From: an uncultured Acidobacteriota bacterium
GTDB taxonomy: Bacteria > Acidobacteriota > Blastocatellia > Pyrinomonadales > Pyrinomonadaceae
Assembly: GCA_963789185.1 (NCBI GenBank)
Contig: CAWBJU010000020.1
Location: 47,304-111,303 of the forward strand
Length of the DNA: 64,000 bases
Reading direction: 5' to 3'
Shown one piece after another: positions 46,633-55,968 of this stretch. The notes beneath the pieces were generated by a model, which searched no databases, was not told the DNA's origin, and saw only the letters and a list, made by a program, of their open reading frames with translations. A program made the position numbers and the translations under genes. The first letter of the stretch is position 1. Each line of letters opens with the position of its first letter.

Positions 46633-49206
46633 ATGGAGATAATTAACTACGAAATGAATCCTCACAGAGACCTCTTCAGCCAGTATCCGCTTGTTCAAAT
46701 TGCAATTCCGTTTTGTGTAGGTGTTTGTGCGGTGGAGTATGGGTCACCGGTGCGAGCCGTGTATTTGGTGGTCGCGGGTGTGAGCTGTTCGATCGCGGCG
46801 GTCGTTGCAGTTTGGAAGAACTGGTTGACAGTGGCTGGGTGTGCGTTGCTTGCGGCAATGTTTCTTGTTGGTGCGCTGCTGGCGACTCAGGAGCGAAAGC
46901 CTCAGGTCATCCCCGGTGGTCAGACATTGGTGCTAACCGGTGTGTTGGATGCGCCGCCCGAATATGCGCGTGATCGCGTTTACTTGAGCTTAAAAGTAGA
47001 AGACGGATCGGTGCTTCTGATTGCCGAGAGTGCGCCAGTAGACCTTCGTTACGGATCACGGATTCGAGTTACGGCGAAGCTCAGGCGCACCGACAACTAT
47101 CGAAATCCCGGCGTGTCGCCGCTTTCTGAGTATCTGGAACGCAAGGGGTATGTTGCGACTGGAGTGATCAAAGGCGCGATTGAGAGGCTCGGTGATACGT
47201 CGGTCTTTCCACCACTCGCATGGCTCTACGAATGGCGAGAACGATTGCAGCGTGAGATCGATTCGCGATTCTCGCCCGACACTGCCGGCGTGCTCGACGC
47301 TGCGCTCCTCGGCAATCGACACAACCTCAGTCCCTCGACCTCGGAACGTTTTCGCGAAGGCGGCACGTTTCATGTACTCGTAATCAGCGGACTGCACATC
47401 AGTTTCATCGGCGGAATTGTTCTGTTAGCGGTGCGCCGGCTCACGAAGCGACGCTTGCTCCAGTTTGTAATTCCCGCCGGCCTTGTTTGGTGTTACTCGT
47501 TGGCGGTCGGAGCAGAGGCGTCGGTGGTGCGGGCGGCGCTGATGTTTACATTCGCTGGACTCGGCGGCGTTCTGTTTCGCCCCGCCACGTCGCTGAATGC
47601 ACTGGGTGGTGCCGCGCTCATTCTTCTGGTCCAAAGACCGAAAGAGATCTTTGATCCATCGTTTCAGTTAACTTTTCTTTCGGTTCTTGCGATCGTCGTG
47701 ATCGCCTGGCCGCTGCTGCGAAAGTTTTCCGCTATCGGTGCGTGGTACCCACGCAGCGAAACACCTTACCCGCCGAACTGCTCGCGCTCGCTCAAGGCGT
47801 TTTGCGAGACATTGTTCTGGACCGAAGGCACGTGGAAGCGGGAGATGGCGCGGTCGACGCATCACTATCGACTCTTCAAGGTCCCGCTTGCGGCAGCGTT
47901 GGAGCGTTACAAGATCCAATGGTGTTTGAGATACGTGTTCGGCGCAATCATTGTCTCGGCTGCTGTTCAGATCGTTTTGCTGCCGCAGATGATCGTCTAT
48001 TTCCACCGGCTGTCATTGTCGTCGCTGTTGCTGAATATTGTCGTCAGCGTGTTGCTCGCGTTATTGGCGGCGGTGGCGCTCGTGGCGTTGCTGCTGGCAC
48101 AACTTAGTGCGCCGATTGCGATGCCGTTGCTAAAGCTCGCAGAAGCGATCAACTGGCTGATGGTCCACAGTGTCGATCCGTTTGCAGATGCTGGTATCGC
48201 TTCGTTACGGTTGCCGGAGTACTCAGGTTGGTTTCGCATCGTTTACGTCTTGTATTACGTGCCGTTGCTGGTGCTCGTCATCGCGCTTCATCGCTGGGAG
48301 CCTTTGTCGCGATTCACAAGAAAGACACGGATCATGCCGCTCACGATGATCCAAGTGGTGCTGGTTGTGATTGTGATCTTTCATCCGTTCAGCGCCAGGC
48401 ACGCGGATGCACAGCTTCAAATTGATTTCCTCGATGTGGGCCAGGGTGACTCTGCGCTAATCACTATGCCCAATGGAACAACGTTGATCATCGATGGTGG
48501 TGGACGACCAAAGTTTGGATCCGAGAGGGAAACACGAAGCATCGGAGAGTCTGTCGTTTCGGAGTATTTGTGGTGGCGAGGATTAAATCGAGTTGATTAC
48601 GTACTCGCCACGCACGCCGATGCAGATCACATCGATGGACTCAACGACATCGTGCGCAACTTTGGCGTCAATACGGCTCTGGTTGGACGAGCACCGGCAA
48701 ACGATCCGGAGTTCGCGCAGTTTGCCCGCTCTCTGATCAATACAAACTTGCAAATCGTGCAATCAGGAGACGTGATCCGTTTCGGCGAAGTCGAGTTGCG
48801 AGTCTTGTGGCCGCCGCCGGGAACCGAATCAACGAACGACGACTCGGTAGTGTTGAAGCTACAGTTTCGCGAGCGCTCGATCTTGTTGACGGGTGATATT
48901 GAGAAAAAAGCTGAACGATCGCTCATCACGCCGGAGCTAAAGGCGGACGTCGTAAAAGTCGCGCATCACGGAAGCAAGACGTCCTCGACCGACGCGTTCG
49001 TCTCAGCAACGAACCCCCGCCTCGCAATCATCTCTGTCGGACAGGATTCAATGTTTGGGCATCCGCATGCGGAAGTTGTCGAACGTTGGAAGCAAGCCGG
49101 CGCGGAGGTGTTAACAACCGGCAAATGCGGAATGATCACTGTGAAAACTGACGGCACAAACTTGTCGGTTCACGAATTTGTCCCCCCGTGTGCGAGTCAA
49201 AACTGA
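46633..49206 (+). CDS. comEC: DNA internalisation competence protein ComEC/Rec2
   Basis: Multi-TM competence domain plus a metallo-beta-lactamase domain: IDFLDVGQGDSALI, ATHADADHIDGL, VAHHGSKTSS. Confidence 0.9.
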   Translation: MEIINYEMNPHRDLFSQYPLVQIAIPFCVGVCAVEYGSPVRAVYLVVAGVSCSIAAVVAVWKNWLTVAGCALLAAMFLVGALLATQERKPQVIPGGQTLVLTGVLDAPPEYARDRVYLSLKVEDGSVLLIAESAPVDLRYGSRIRVTAKLRRTDNYRNPGVSPLSEYLERKGYVATGVIKGAIERLGDTSVFPPLAWLYEWRERLQREIDSRFSPDTAGVLDAALLGNRHNLSPSTSERFREGGTFHVLVISGLHISFIGGIVLLAVRRLTKRRLLQFVIPAGLVWCYSLAVGAEASVVRAALMFTFAGLGGVLFRPATSLNALGGAALILLVQRPKEIFDPSFQLTFLSVLAIVVIAWPLLRKFSAIGAWYPRSETPYPPNCSRSLKAFCETLFWTEGTWKREMARSTHHYRLFKVPLAAALERYKIQWCLRYVFGAIIVSAAVQIVLLPQMIVYFHRLSLSSLLLNIVVSVLLALLAAVALVALLLAQLSAPIAMPLLKLAEAINWLMVHSVDPFADAGIASLRLPEYSGWFRIVYVLYYVPLLVLVIALHRWEPLSRFTRKTRIMPLTMIQVVLVVIVIFHPFSARHADAQLQIDFLDVGQGDSALITMPNGTTLIIDGGGRPKFGSERETRSIGESVVSEYLWWRGLNRVDYVLATHADADHIDGLNDIVRNFGVNTALVGRAPANDPEFAQFARSLINTNLQIVQSGDVIRFGEVELRVLWPPPGTESTNDDSVVLKLQFRERSILLTGDIEKKAERSLITPELKADVVKVAHHGSKTSSTDAFVSATNPRLAIISVGQDSMFGHPHAEVVERWKQAGAEVLTTGKCGMITVKTDGTNLSVHEFVPPCASQN

Positions 49207-49921
49207 AACCATACTTTGCCAATATCTCCCGCCCCTTCGACCCGGTGACGAAATCAGTAAACGACCGCGCCGCGTCTTCGTTCGTCGTTCCCTTTATGAC
49301 GGCCATCGCCTGCAACAGCGGCTTGTGTAGCGTTTCCGGTATCAGAACGCAGCGTCCTTTGTTCTGCGCGCTCAACGACACCGCGACGATCGCGACCTCG
49401 ACATTCCCCGTCTCGGCGAACTGAAGCGCCTGGCGAATGTTGTCACCGTACACGAGCTTCGGTTGCACCGTTTGCCAGATGCCCGCATTTTCGAGCGCCT
49501 CGCGCGCCGCCATTCCGTAAGGTGCGTGATCGGGATTCGCTATCGCGACGCGATGGACATCGGGACTCGCGAGGTCTTCGATCTTCTCGAGCTTCAACGT
49601 GCTTTCGGCCATGGTCCACATGGTGATCCGGCCGCGTCCGTAAATGGTCTTTGTTCCTTCAACGGTCAGTCCCTTTTGTTGAAGCTGATCGATATAGCTT
49701 TCATTGGCTGCCGCAAAGACGTCGAAGGGCGCACCATTCTCAATCTGTCTCGTCAGTAAACCTGTCGAGCCAAACACGAAGATGGGCTTGATCTTGTCGC
49801 GCGCTTCAAAGTCGCGTCCGATTTCTTCAAAGGCGGCTGTGAGATCCGACGCAGCAGCGACGGTCAACTGCGCGGCTTCGGGCGAGCGTGTCCCACGACA
49901 CGCGACACTTATGATCAGCAA
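49136..49921 (-). CDS. modA: Molybdate ABC transporter substrate-binding protein ModA (start uncertain)
   Basis: AASDLTAAFEEIG...VFGSTGLLTRQIENGAPFDVFAAAN...ILAKYGF. A lipoprotein-like signal (FFSLLLLIISVAC) extends upstream of the TTG at 49921 with no canonical start codon. The 3' end overlaps comEC by 71 nt. Confidence 0.8.
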   Translation of the reverse strand: MLIISVACRGTRSPEAAQLTVAAASDLTAAFEEIGRDFEARDKIKPIFVFGSTGLLTRQIENGAPFDVFAAANESYIDQLQQKGLTVEGTKTIYGRGRITMWTMAESTLKLEKIEDLASPDVHRVAIANPDHAPYGMAAREALENAGIWQTVQPKLVYGDNIRQALQFAETGNVEVAIVAVSLSAQNKGRCVLIPETLHKPLLQAMAVIKGTTNEDAARSFTDFVTGSKGREILAKYGFSFDSHTGGQIREPTSLCRQFSQ

Positions 49922-49996
49922 TAACAGCGAGAAGAACGGCGTGAGAGTTTCCAGCGATCCTAACTTTCCGGCGCGAAGGTTCTGGGAGAGAACATC

Positions 49997-50596
49997 TCAC
50001 GTCGGAAAGTCATTGGGAGTGTAAAGGTCTATCTTCGAACTACCCACCTTGTACGTGTTAAGTACTCCGAGCGGCGGCGCGTAAACGTGGACAGTAATAA
50101 GATCCTGTCCGCTTACTTCAGGATTTCCAAGCTGATGAATATCAGGAACTTCGGCCCCGGTCACTGTTCCGGTGGGACACTCGCGGCCCGTGTTGTAGCA
50201 CAGGCCGCGTTCCTCCTCGTAGCAAAAGGTCGTTTCCCACATAAGTCCCTTATGGACACGGACAACTCCATGCGATCCGTTGTGGTCGTGAATCGGTGTT
50301 TTCTGACCAGGCCGCCAGCAGATAATCAACATCTCGACGGCTGCGTTACGACAAACGCGGTGACGCCAGTAATTTCCCTCTTTAAAACCCAGGTAAGGCT
50401 CGACATCCAGTTGATCGATCTCGACATTTGCCAGCCACGAACCGATTTGTTCGAGCGAGGGTGGAGAGGTCTGAGCTTTCAATTCCTCGACCAGTCCGGA
50501 AAACGTCAGCGAACCGGATTCGGGCGGCGCGGTCGAAATCGTCGTTTTCGTATCAATAGTAGTCGACAAACTGGCGGCTCCGGGCGGAAGTTGCAA
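49997..50596 (-). CDS. Cupin-fold cysteine dioxygenase type I-like protein
   Basis: KTPIHDHNGSHGVVRVHKG...ITVHVYAPPL resembles the CDO-type metal-binding cupin motif. Confidence 0.55.
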   Translation of the reverse strand: MQLPPGAASLSTTIDTKTTISTAPPESGSLTFSGLVEELKAQTSPPSLEQIGSWLANVEIDQLDVEPYLGFKEGNYWRHRVCRNAAVEMLIICWRPGQKTPIHDHNGSHGVVRVHKGLMWETTFCYEEERGLCYNTGRECPTGTVTGAEVPDIHQLGNPEVSGQDLITVHVYAPPLGVLNTYKVGSSKIDLYTPNDFPT

Positions 50597-50644
50597 AAGA
50601 GCTTATATTCGCTCAGGTAGTTATGAGTCAAGAAGAAGTTACGG

Positions 50645-51803
50645 TTAAGGTGTTTTTAAAACAATGCGCAGATCACGAACGTTTGTGCCGGTCGGTCCGG
50701 TGACGATCATATCCCCTAATCTTTCAAACAACGTGAAGGAATCGCTATGCGCGAGAAATTCGGCGGGGTCCAGACTAAGACTTCGAGCGCGAGCGATCGT
50801 CGTCGGATCAGCGATGGCGCCGGCGGCTGGACTGTTACCGTCGATACCGTCTGTACCCGCGCTGAGAACTACGACATTCTCGCTCCTCCAGAGCGCAACG
50901 CAGAACGGTTTCCAGATTCCGACCGCCAATCCCATCGCCTCTTACGGGACACGAAAACTCGCCTCCTGAGATCAAACAATCCGTGTTTTCTTGTGAGAGT
51001 CGCGCGAGAAGAAGATCACAACCCTCCTGAATTGGTTGTTCGCAAATATCGTGTGCGATGCTTGACCTAAATCCGAGTTCTAGTGCCTTCTGATTGGCTG
51101 CTTGGAGGGCAGTCAAGTTATCCAGCAAGACGCGATACGGGGAGTTTGGCAGGGTCGGACCGGAAGCGACGTTTGCTTCATCGTCGAGATTCGTATCGGA
51201 AACGATCAAGGTAACGATACGCGCATGCGTCGCGCGTTGGGCCAACTTTCCACCCTTCACCGCCGAGTACGTGCGCCGGACCGCGTTGATCTCGCTGATT
51301 CTAGCGCCGCTCCCAATCAGCTCTTCATTTACCCGGCGCAGATCGTCGAGTGAGACCGCCGGGCTGATGGGCCATTCCATCATCGCCGAACCGCCACCCG
51401 AGACTAAAAAGATCACGAGGCCACGCGCGTCATTCGCCCAGTCCAACAGATTGAACGCAGCCTCGGCAGCCTCCAGACTCGCTTCGTTCGGAAGCGGATG
51501 TCCGCCTTCGAAGATCTCCCACCGTTGCGGCAGCGACTCTGAGAACACAGGAGCGCTAATCACGCCGCGCATCAAGTGCTCGCCGAGCGCATCCTCAACT
51601 CCGAGCGCCATCGAAGTTGCCGCTTTGCCGAGAGCAATTACAAAAACTGGTGTTGACGAAGCGTCGAAGCGCTCACCGCACACGTCGACCGTCGGCCCAT
51701 CGCGCACGATAGCCTGCTTTACCGCCTCTCGCGGATCGACTGCCGATAGTGCGGCGTCGAAGATCTCACGAGCAGAGCGGCGAAGTTGATCCAGGTTCGG
51801 CAA
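50645..51803 (-). CDS. Glycerate kinase (DUF4147 + MOFRL type), split by a frameshift near 50875-50890
   Basis: The N-terminal ORF (50835-51803) ends ...GGEFSCPVRGDGIGGRNLETVLRCALEE. The family continuation ENVVVLSAGTDGIDGNSPAAGAI...TGPTGTNVRDL is in the next frame (ORF 50645-50935). Confidence 0.8.
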
Positions 51804-51871
51804 GACTTTCGAGTTTAACGGGGCGAGTCTCGGTGTTCTGAGCGTTGCTCAAAGCCTGCAATTGCTGGAAG

Positions 51872-52048
51872 CTACGATCCTGAACCTTCCTCTTCTTCGT
51901 CCGGATCCGCGGGGGACAGATTGCCACCACCCTGGTTGTCCGGAGGATCAATCGGAGGCGGTGGGTCAGGAGGAGTGCTTTCCATCAAGTAACCGCCAGC
52001 TAGTAAGGAAGCCACGTCTGGAGTGGCTGTTGAGAGTTTTATTTGCAT
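51872..52048 (-). CDS. Possible small acidic, Pro-rich protein (58 aa)
   Basis: The ATG at 52048 is preceded by GGAAGGAAA. Sequence MQIKLSTATPDVASLLAGGYLMESTPPDPPPPIDPPDNQGGGNLSPADPDEEEEGSGS. No homology recognised. Confidence 0.3.
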   Translation of the reverse strand: MQIKLSTATPDVASLLAGGYLMESTPPDPPPPIDPPDNQGGGNLSPADPDEEEEGSGS

Positions 52049-52193
52049 CGGGTTTTTCCTTCCATCAAAAAACACGTATCTTCCACCGCGCCTGTGGAAA
52101 AGCCTGTGGAGAAAATCCGTGTTAACGCACTTAAGTTTTTGCTGCCCCTTGGTTTATAGCAAAATGCACACGTGCGTGGCGCTGATCATTTTT

Positions 52194-52271
52194 CATTTTC
52201 CGTTTGTCATTTACCATTTACCATTTTCTTTGAATGGCAAATGAAAAACGACCAATGACAAATGGAAAATG
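52194..52271. repeat. Long imperfect AT-rich inverted repeat (CATTTNCC-type units) downstream of ftsK
   Basis: CATTTTCCGTTTGTCATT (52194-52211) pairs with AATGACAAATGGAAAATG (52254-52271), 18 bp including one G-U pair. An inner stem CATTTACCATT/AATGGCAAATG follows. Confidence 0.65.
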
Positions 52272-52276
52272 GTCCC

Positions 52277-54815
52277 CTAGTCTTCCGCAACACCCATCTC
52301 GTCCCAGTCGGCAACCATCTCGTAAGCCCGGCCGAGCACCGGACGAGGACGCGAACCGTCTGCCTGACCGATGAGTCCTTCGCGTTCCATCACGTCGAGA
52401 ATTGCGGCGGCGCGACCATAACCAATACGCAGCCGGCGTTGCAACACCGACGTCGACGCTCGCTTCATCTCGACGCAGATGCGCAGCGCTTCTTCGAAGA
52501 GTTCGTCGTGTTCGCCTGCGCTACGCCTCGAGTCCAAGAGCTTCTTCTTCAGACTGCGTGATGCTCTCGTCATACGACGGCGGACCTTGGGCCTTGATGT
52601 GGGCCACGATCTTGCCGATCTCTTGTTCGTCGATGTACGCGCCATGAACGCGAATCAGTCGCGAAGTTCCGGGCGGCAGGAAGAGCATGTCGCCGCGACC
52701 GAGTAGCTGCTCGGCGCCGTTTGTATCGATGATCGTGCGGGAGTCGATCTTCGAAGAGACGCGGAACGAAATGCGCGAGGGGAAGTTGGCTTTGATCAGT
52801 CCCGTGATCACGTCCACTGAAGGACGTTGAGTCGCGAGCACGAGATGGATACCGACAGCGCGCGCCATTTGCGCGAGACGCGTGATCGACTCTTCAACTT
52901 CGCGTCCCGACGTCATCATCAAGTCCGCCAACTCATCGATGATGATCACGATGTACGGGAGCGGCTTCCACGGTTCGCCGTTATCGTCGTACTCCTTCAC
53001 GAGGTTGCGACGCATGATCTCGGTGTTGTAGCCGTCGATGTTTCTTACGCCCCAGCCAGCGAGATCGCGATAACGACGTTCCATCTCGGCGACGGCCCAT
53101 TTCAACGACCGTGACGCGACTTTCGGATCGACGATGATGGGCGTCGCGAGATGCGGGATGTCTTCGTAAAGACCGAGTTCAAGCCGTTTCGGATCGATCA
53201 GGATGAACTTCACTTCATCCGGACGCGCGCGATAAAGAATGGAAACGATGAGGGCGTTGACGCCGACTGATTTTCCGGCGCCTGTGGTTCCGGCGATCAG
53301 CAGGTGCGGCATCTTCGCGAGGTCGGCGACGTAGTTCAGACCGTCGATCGTCTTGCCGAGCGCGATCGTGAGTTTCGAAGGCGATTCCTGGAACGGACGT
53401 GACTCTATCACTTCGCGCAGGAAGATCGTCTCGCGGCGCGGGTTCGGCACTTCGATGCCGACGTGCGGTTTGCCGGGCATGCGATCGATGCGAATCGATT
53501 CGGCTTTCAGTGCCAGGCAAAGATCGTCGACGAGGGATACGACGCGCGAGTATTTCACACCGGGATCGGGTTTGAATTCGTAAGTCGTGACGACCGGACC
53601 CGGGCAGATGTGTTTGATCTGGCCCGTGACGTTGAACTCTTTGCACTTTTCAGCGAGACGGTTGGCGAGTGCGAGCAATTCAGCATCTGCCTGTTCGCTG
53701 TGTGGCGGAGCTTCGTTGAGAAAGTGCAGGGCAGGGCCGCTGTAGTCGTCGTAATTGACGGCGCGTCGATTCGCGTCGAACGGCAGTTTTGCAGGCGCGT
53801 CCTCTACTTTCACGCGCAACACAGATGCGCCCTTGACCATCTCTTCGACGCCATCCGCATCGTCTGTCGTGCTCGGGGTGATTGAACGTCTTGACGAACG
53901 CTCGGTCGGAACAGTCGGAATCGGTGTTGTCGCGCCTGCTGCGGCGCCGGCGGCTACGCTGGCGACGATCACCGGTGGCTCAGGTTCCGGAGTGATAGTT
54001 CGTTTCGCCTCGCCGCGGATGACTTTCGCGGTCTCGACTGGCGCGCTCTCCTTCATGAAATCGGCGACGCGCTCTGCGGGCGTTAGATTGAGTGTCTGCT
54101 TCAGAGTGCTGCGTGCTGCTTCGCGTTCAGCTTTGAGCGCAGCTTTCATCTCTTGTCGCTTGACTGCTTGTTCGTGACGAAGTTGCCGCCAGGCGGCGAA
54201 GCGCTCCGGTATCCGGCCGACAAATGCGAAGCGCGTGGCAATCAGGTTGACGACAATCTCGTAAAGTCGAATGAAGGAGAAATTCGTTGCGAGCAGCAAA
54301 CCGCTTGCGGCGATCGCGACAAGCAGCACAGTCGCGCCGATGCGGCTTAAACCGCTGGCGAGGCCTTGCGCGACAACTGAACCGAGTAGACCACCCGGTT
54401 GAACGCTCGAGTCGAACAACGGGCGCATTTGCGAAATTGAGAGCAGCGCCGAAGCGGCAATCACGAGGACGAGCAAGCCCGCGACGCGCGTGATCGGGCT
54501 CTGGATCGCGTTGCGACGAAAGCGACGCCAGGCGCCGGCGAACAGAAGCAACGGCAGCAGGTACGCCGCGAGTCCGATGAATTGAAACGCAGTCGCAGCG
54601 ACGTTCGCGCCGATTGCGCCGGCCCAGTTTTGCGTCTCGCTCTGACCGGCGGAGTTCCACGACGGATCGTTTGGATAGAACGCCGCGGAGATCAGGCAAA
54701 GCGCGAGGAGCAAGCCCGTTGCCAGCAGAAGGATCGCGAATATCTCGCTGCCTCGACTCGCGCGCGGAGTAATCACGCGCGGTCGTTGTTCAATCTGTGT
54801 AGTTGTAGTTGACAT
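52277..54815 (-). CDS. ftsK: DNA translocase FtsK/SpoIIIE, with the gamma (winged-helix) domain out of frame near 52524-52560
   Basis: 4-5 N-terminal TM helices and Walker A GTTGAGKSV (ORF 52521-54815). The gamma domain ASTSVLQRRLRIGYGRAAAILDVMEREGLIG is in the next frame (ORF 52277-52645). Confidence 0.85.
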
Positions 54816-54857
54816 AAAACTCCAGCACTCACAAGTCCGTGTTAAAACACGAATCGC

Positions 54858-55968
54858 TTAAGCAGCCTTGCGCGCGAGCAAGTAGGCTTTGATGAAGTCG
54901 TCGATGTCTCCGCCCAAAACGGCGTCGACGTTACCTCGTTCAAGTCTGGTGCGCGTATCTTTGACGAGCTGATAGGGGGCCAGCACGTAGCTTCTGATCT
55001 GCGAGCCGAAGGAGATGTCGGCCTTGTTGGCTTCGAGCTCCGCCGTTTCGGCTTGCCGCTTTTCTAATTCGAGTTCGTACAGCCGGGAACGCAGCACCTG
55101 CATGGCCACGGCCCGGTTTTGATGTTGCGAACGCTGGTTTTGACAGGAAACGACTATGCCCGTGGGGATATGCGTAATGCGCACGGCAGAGTCGGTGGTG
55201 TTGATATGTTGACCTCCGGCGCCGGTCGCGCGGTAGGTGTCGACGCGTAAGTCTTTGTCCTGGATATCGACCTCGATGTCTTCGTCGATTTCAGGATAAA
55301 CAAACAGGGAAGCAAACGACGTGTGACGCCGCGCTGCCTGGTCAAACGGCGAGATGCGCACGAGTCGATGCACGCCGGCTTCAGCGGCCAGCAGGCCGTA
55401 GGCGTACTCGCCTTCTACTCTAAACGTAACGCTCTTCAGTCCGGCTTCCTCGCCCGGTTGATATTCAAGCACTTCTGCTTTGAAACGGCGCTGTTCGGCC
55501 CATTTCAAATACATGCGCAACAGCATCTCGGCCCAATCCTGCGACTCTGTGCCGCCGGCGCCTGGATGAATCGTACAGATCGCATTGCGGCGATCGTTCT
55601 CGCCCGCAAGCAGCATTTCAGTTTCGGCCTGCTCCAACTCAGGTTGGAGACGTTTAAGCAACGATTGGAGTTCGTCGATGGAACTCTCGTCTTCCTGCGC
55701 AAACTCAAAGAGGACTGCGGCGTCGGCTATCTGTGACTCAAATCGCTCCTGGCGCCCAATGTCGCTTTCGAGGCGGCTGCGGTTCTGGAGCAGTTTCTGA
55801 GCGGCCTGCTGATCGTTCCAGAAGTCTGGCGCGGAGGCCTGGGCCTCGATACGGTTTAACTCTTCGCGGCGCGCCGGGACATCAAAGAAACCTCCCGAGC
55901 TGTTCAACTCGCGCGCGAAGATCGTCAAACGAAACTCGCAATTCCTGAAGTGACAAAATCTCGTTCAT
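54858..55968 (-). CDS. prfB: Peptide chain release factor 2 with the canonical programmed +1 frameshift
   Basis: Frame 0 from the ATG at 55968 reads MNEILSLQELRVSFDDLRARVEQLGRFL-TGA. The +1 frame continues DVPARREELNRIE...SPA?...GAGGQHINTTDSAVRITH (GGQ motif). The ATG overlaps the lnt stop (ATGA). Confidence 0.9.
55882..55896 (-). other. RF2 autoregulatory +1 frameshift site
   Basis: The minus strand reads GGG AGG TTT CTT TGA: an internal Shine-Dalgarno-like GGGAGG three nt before the slippery CTT followed by in-frame TGA. Confidence 0.85.
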
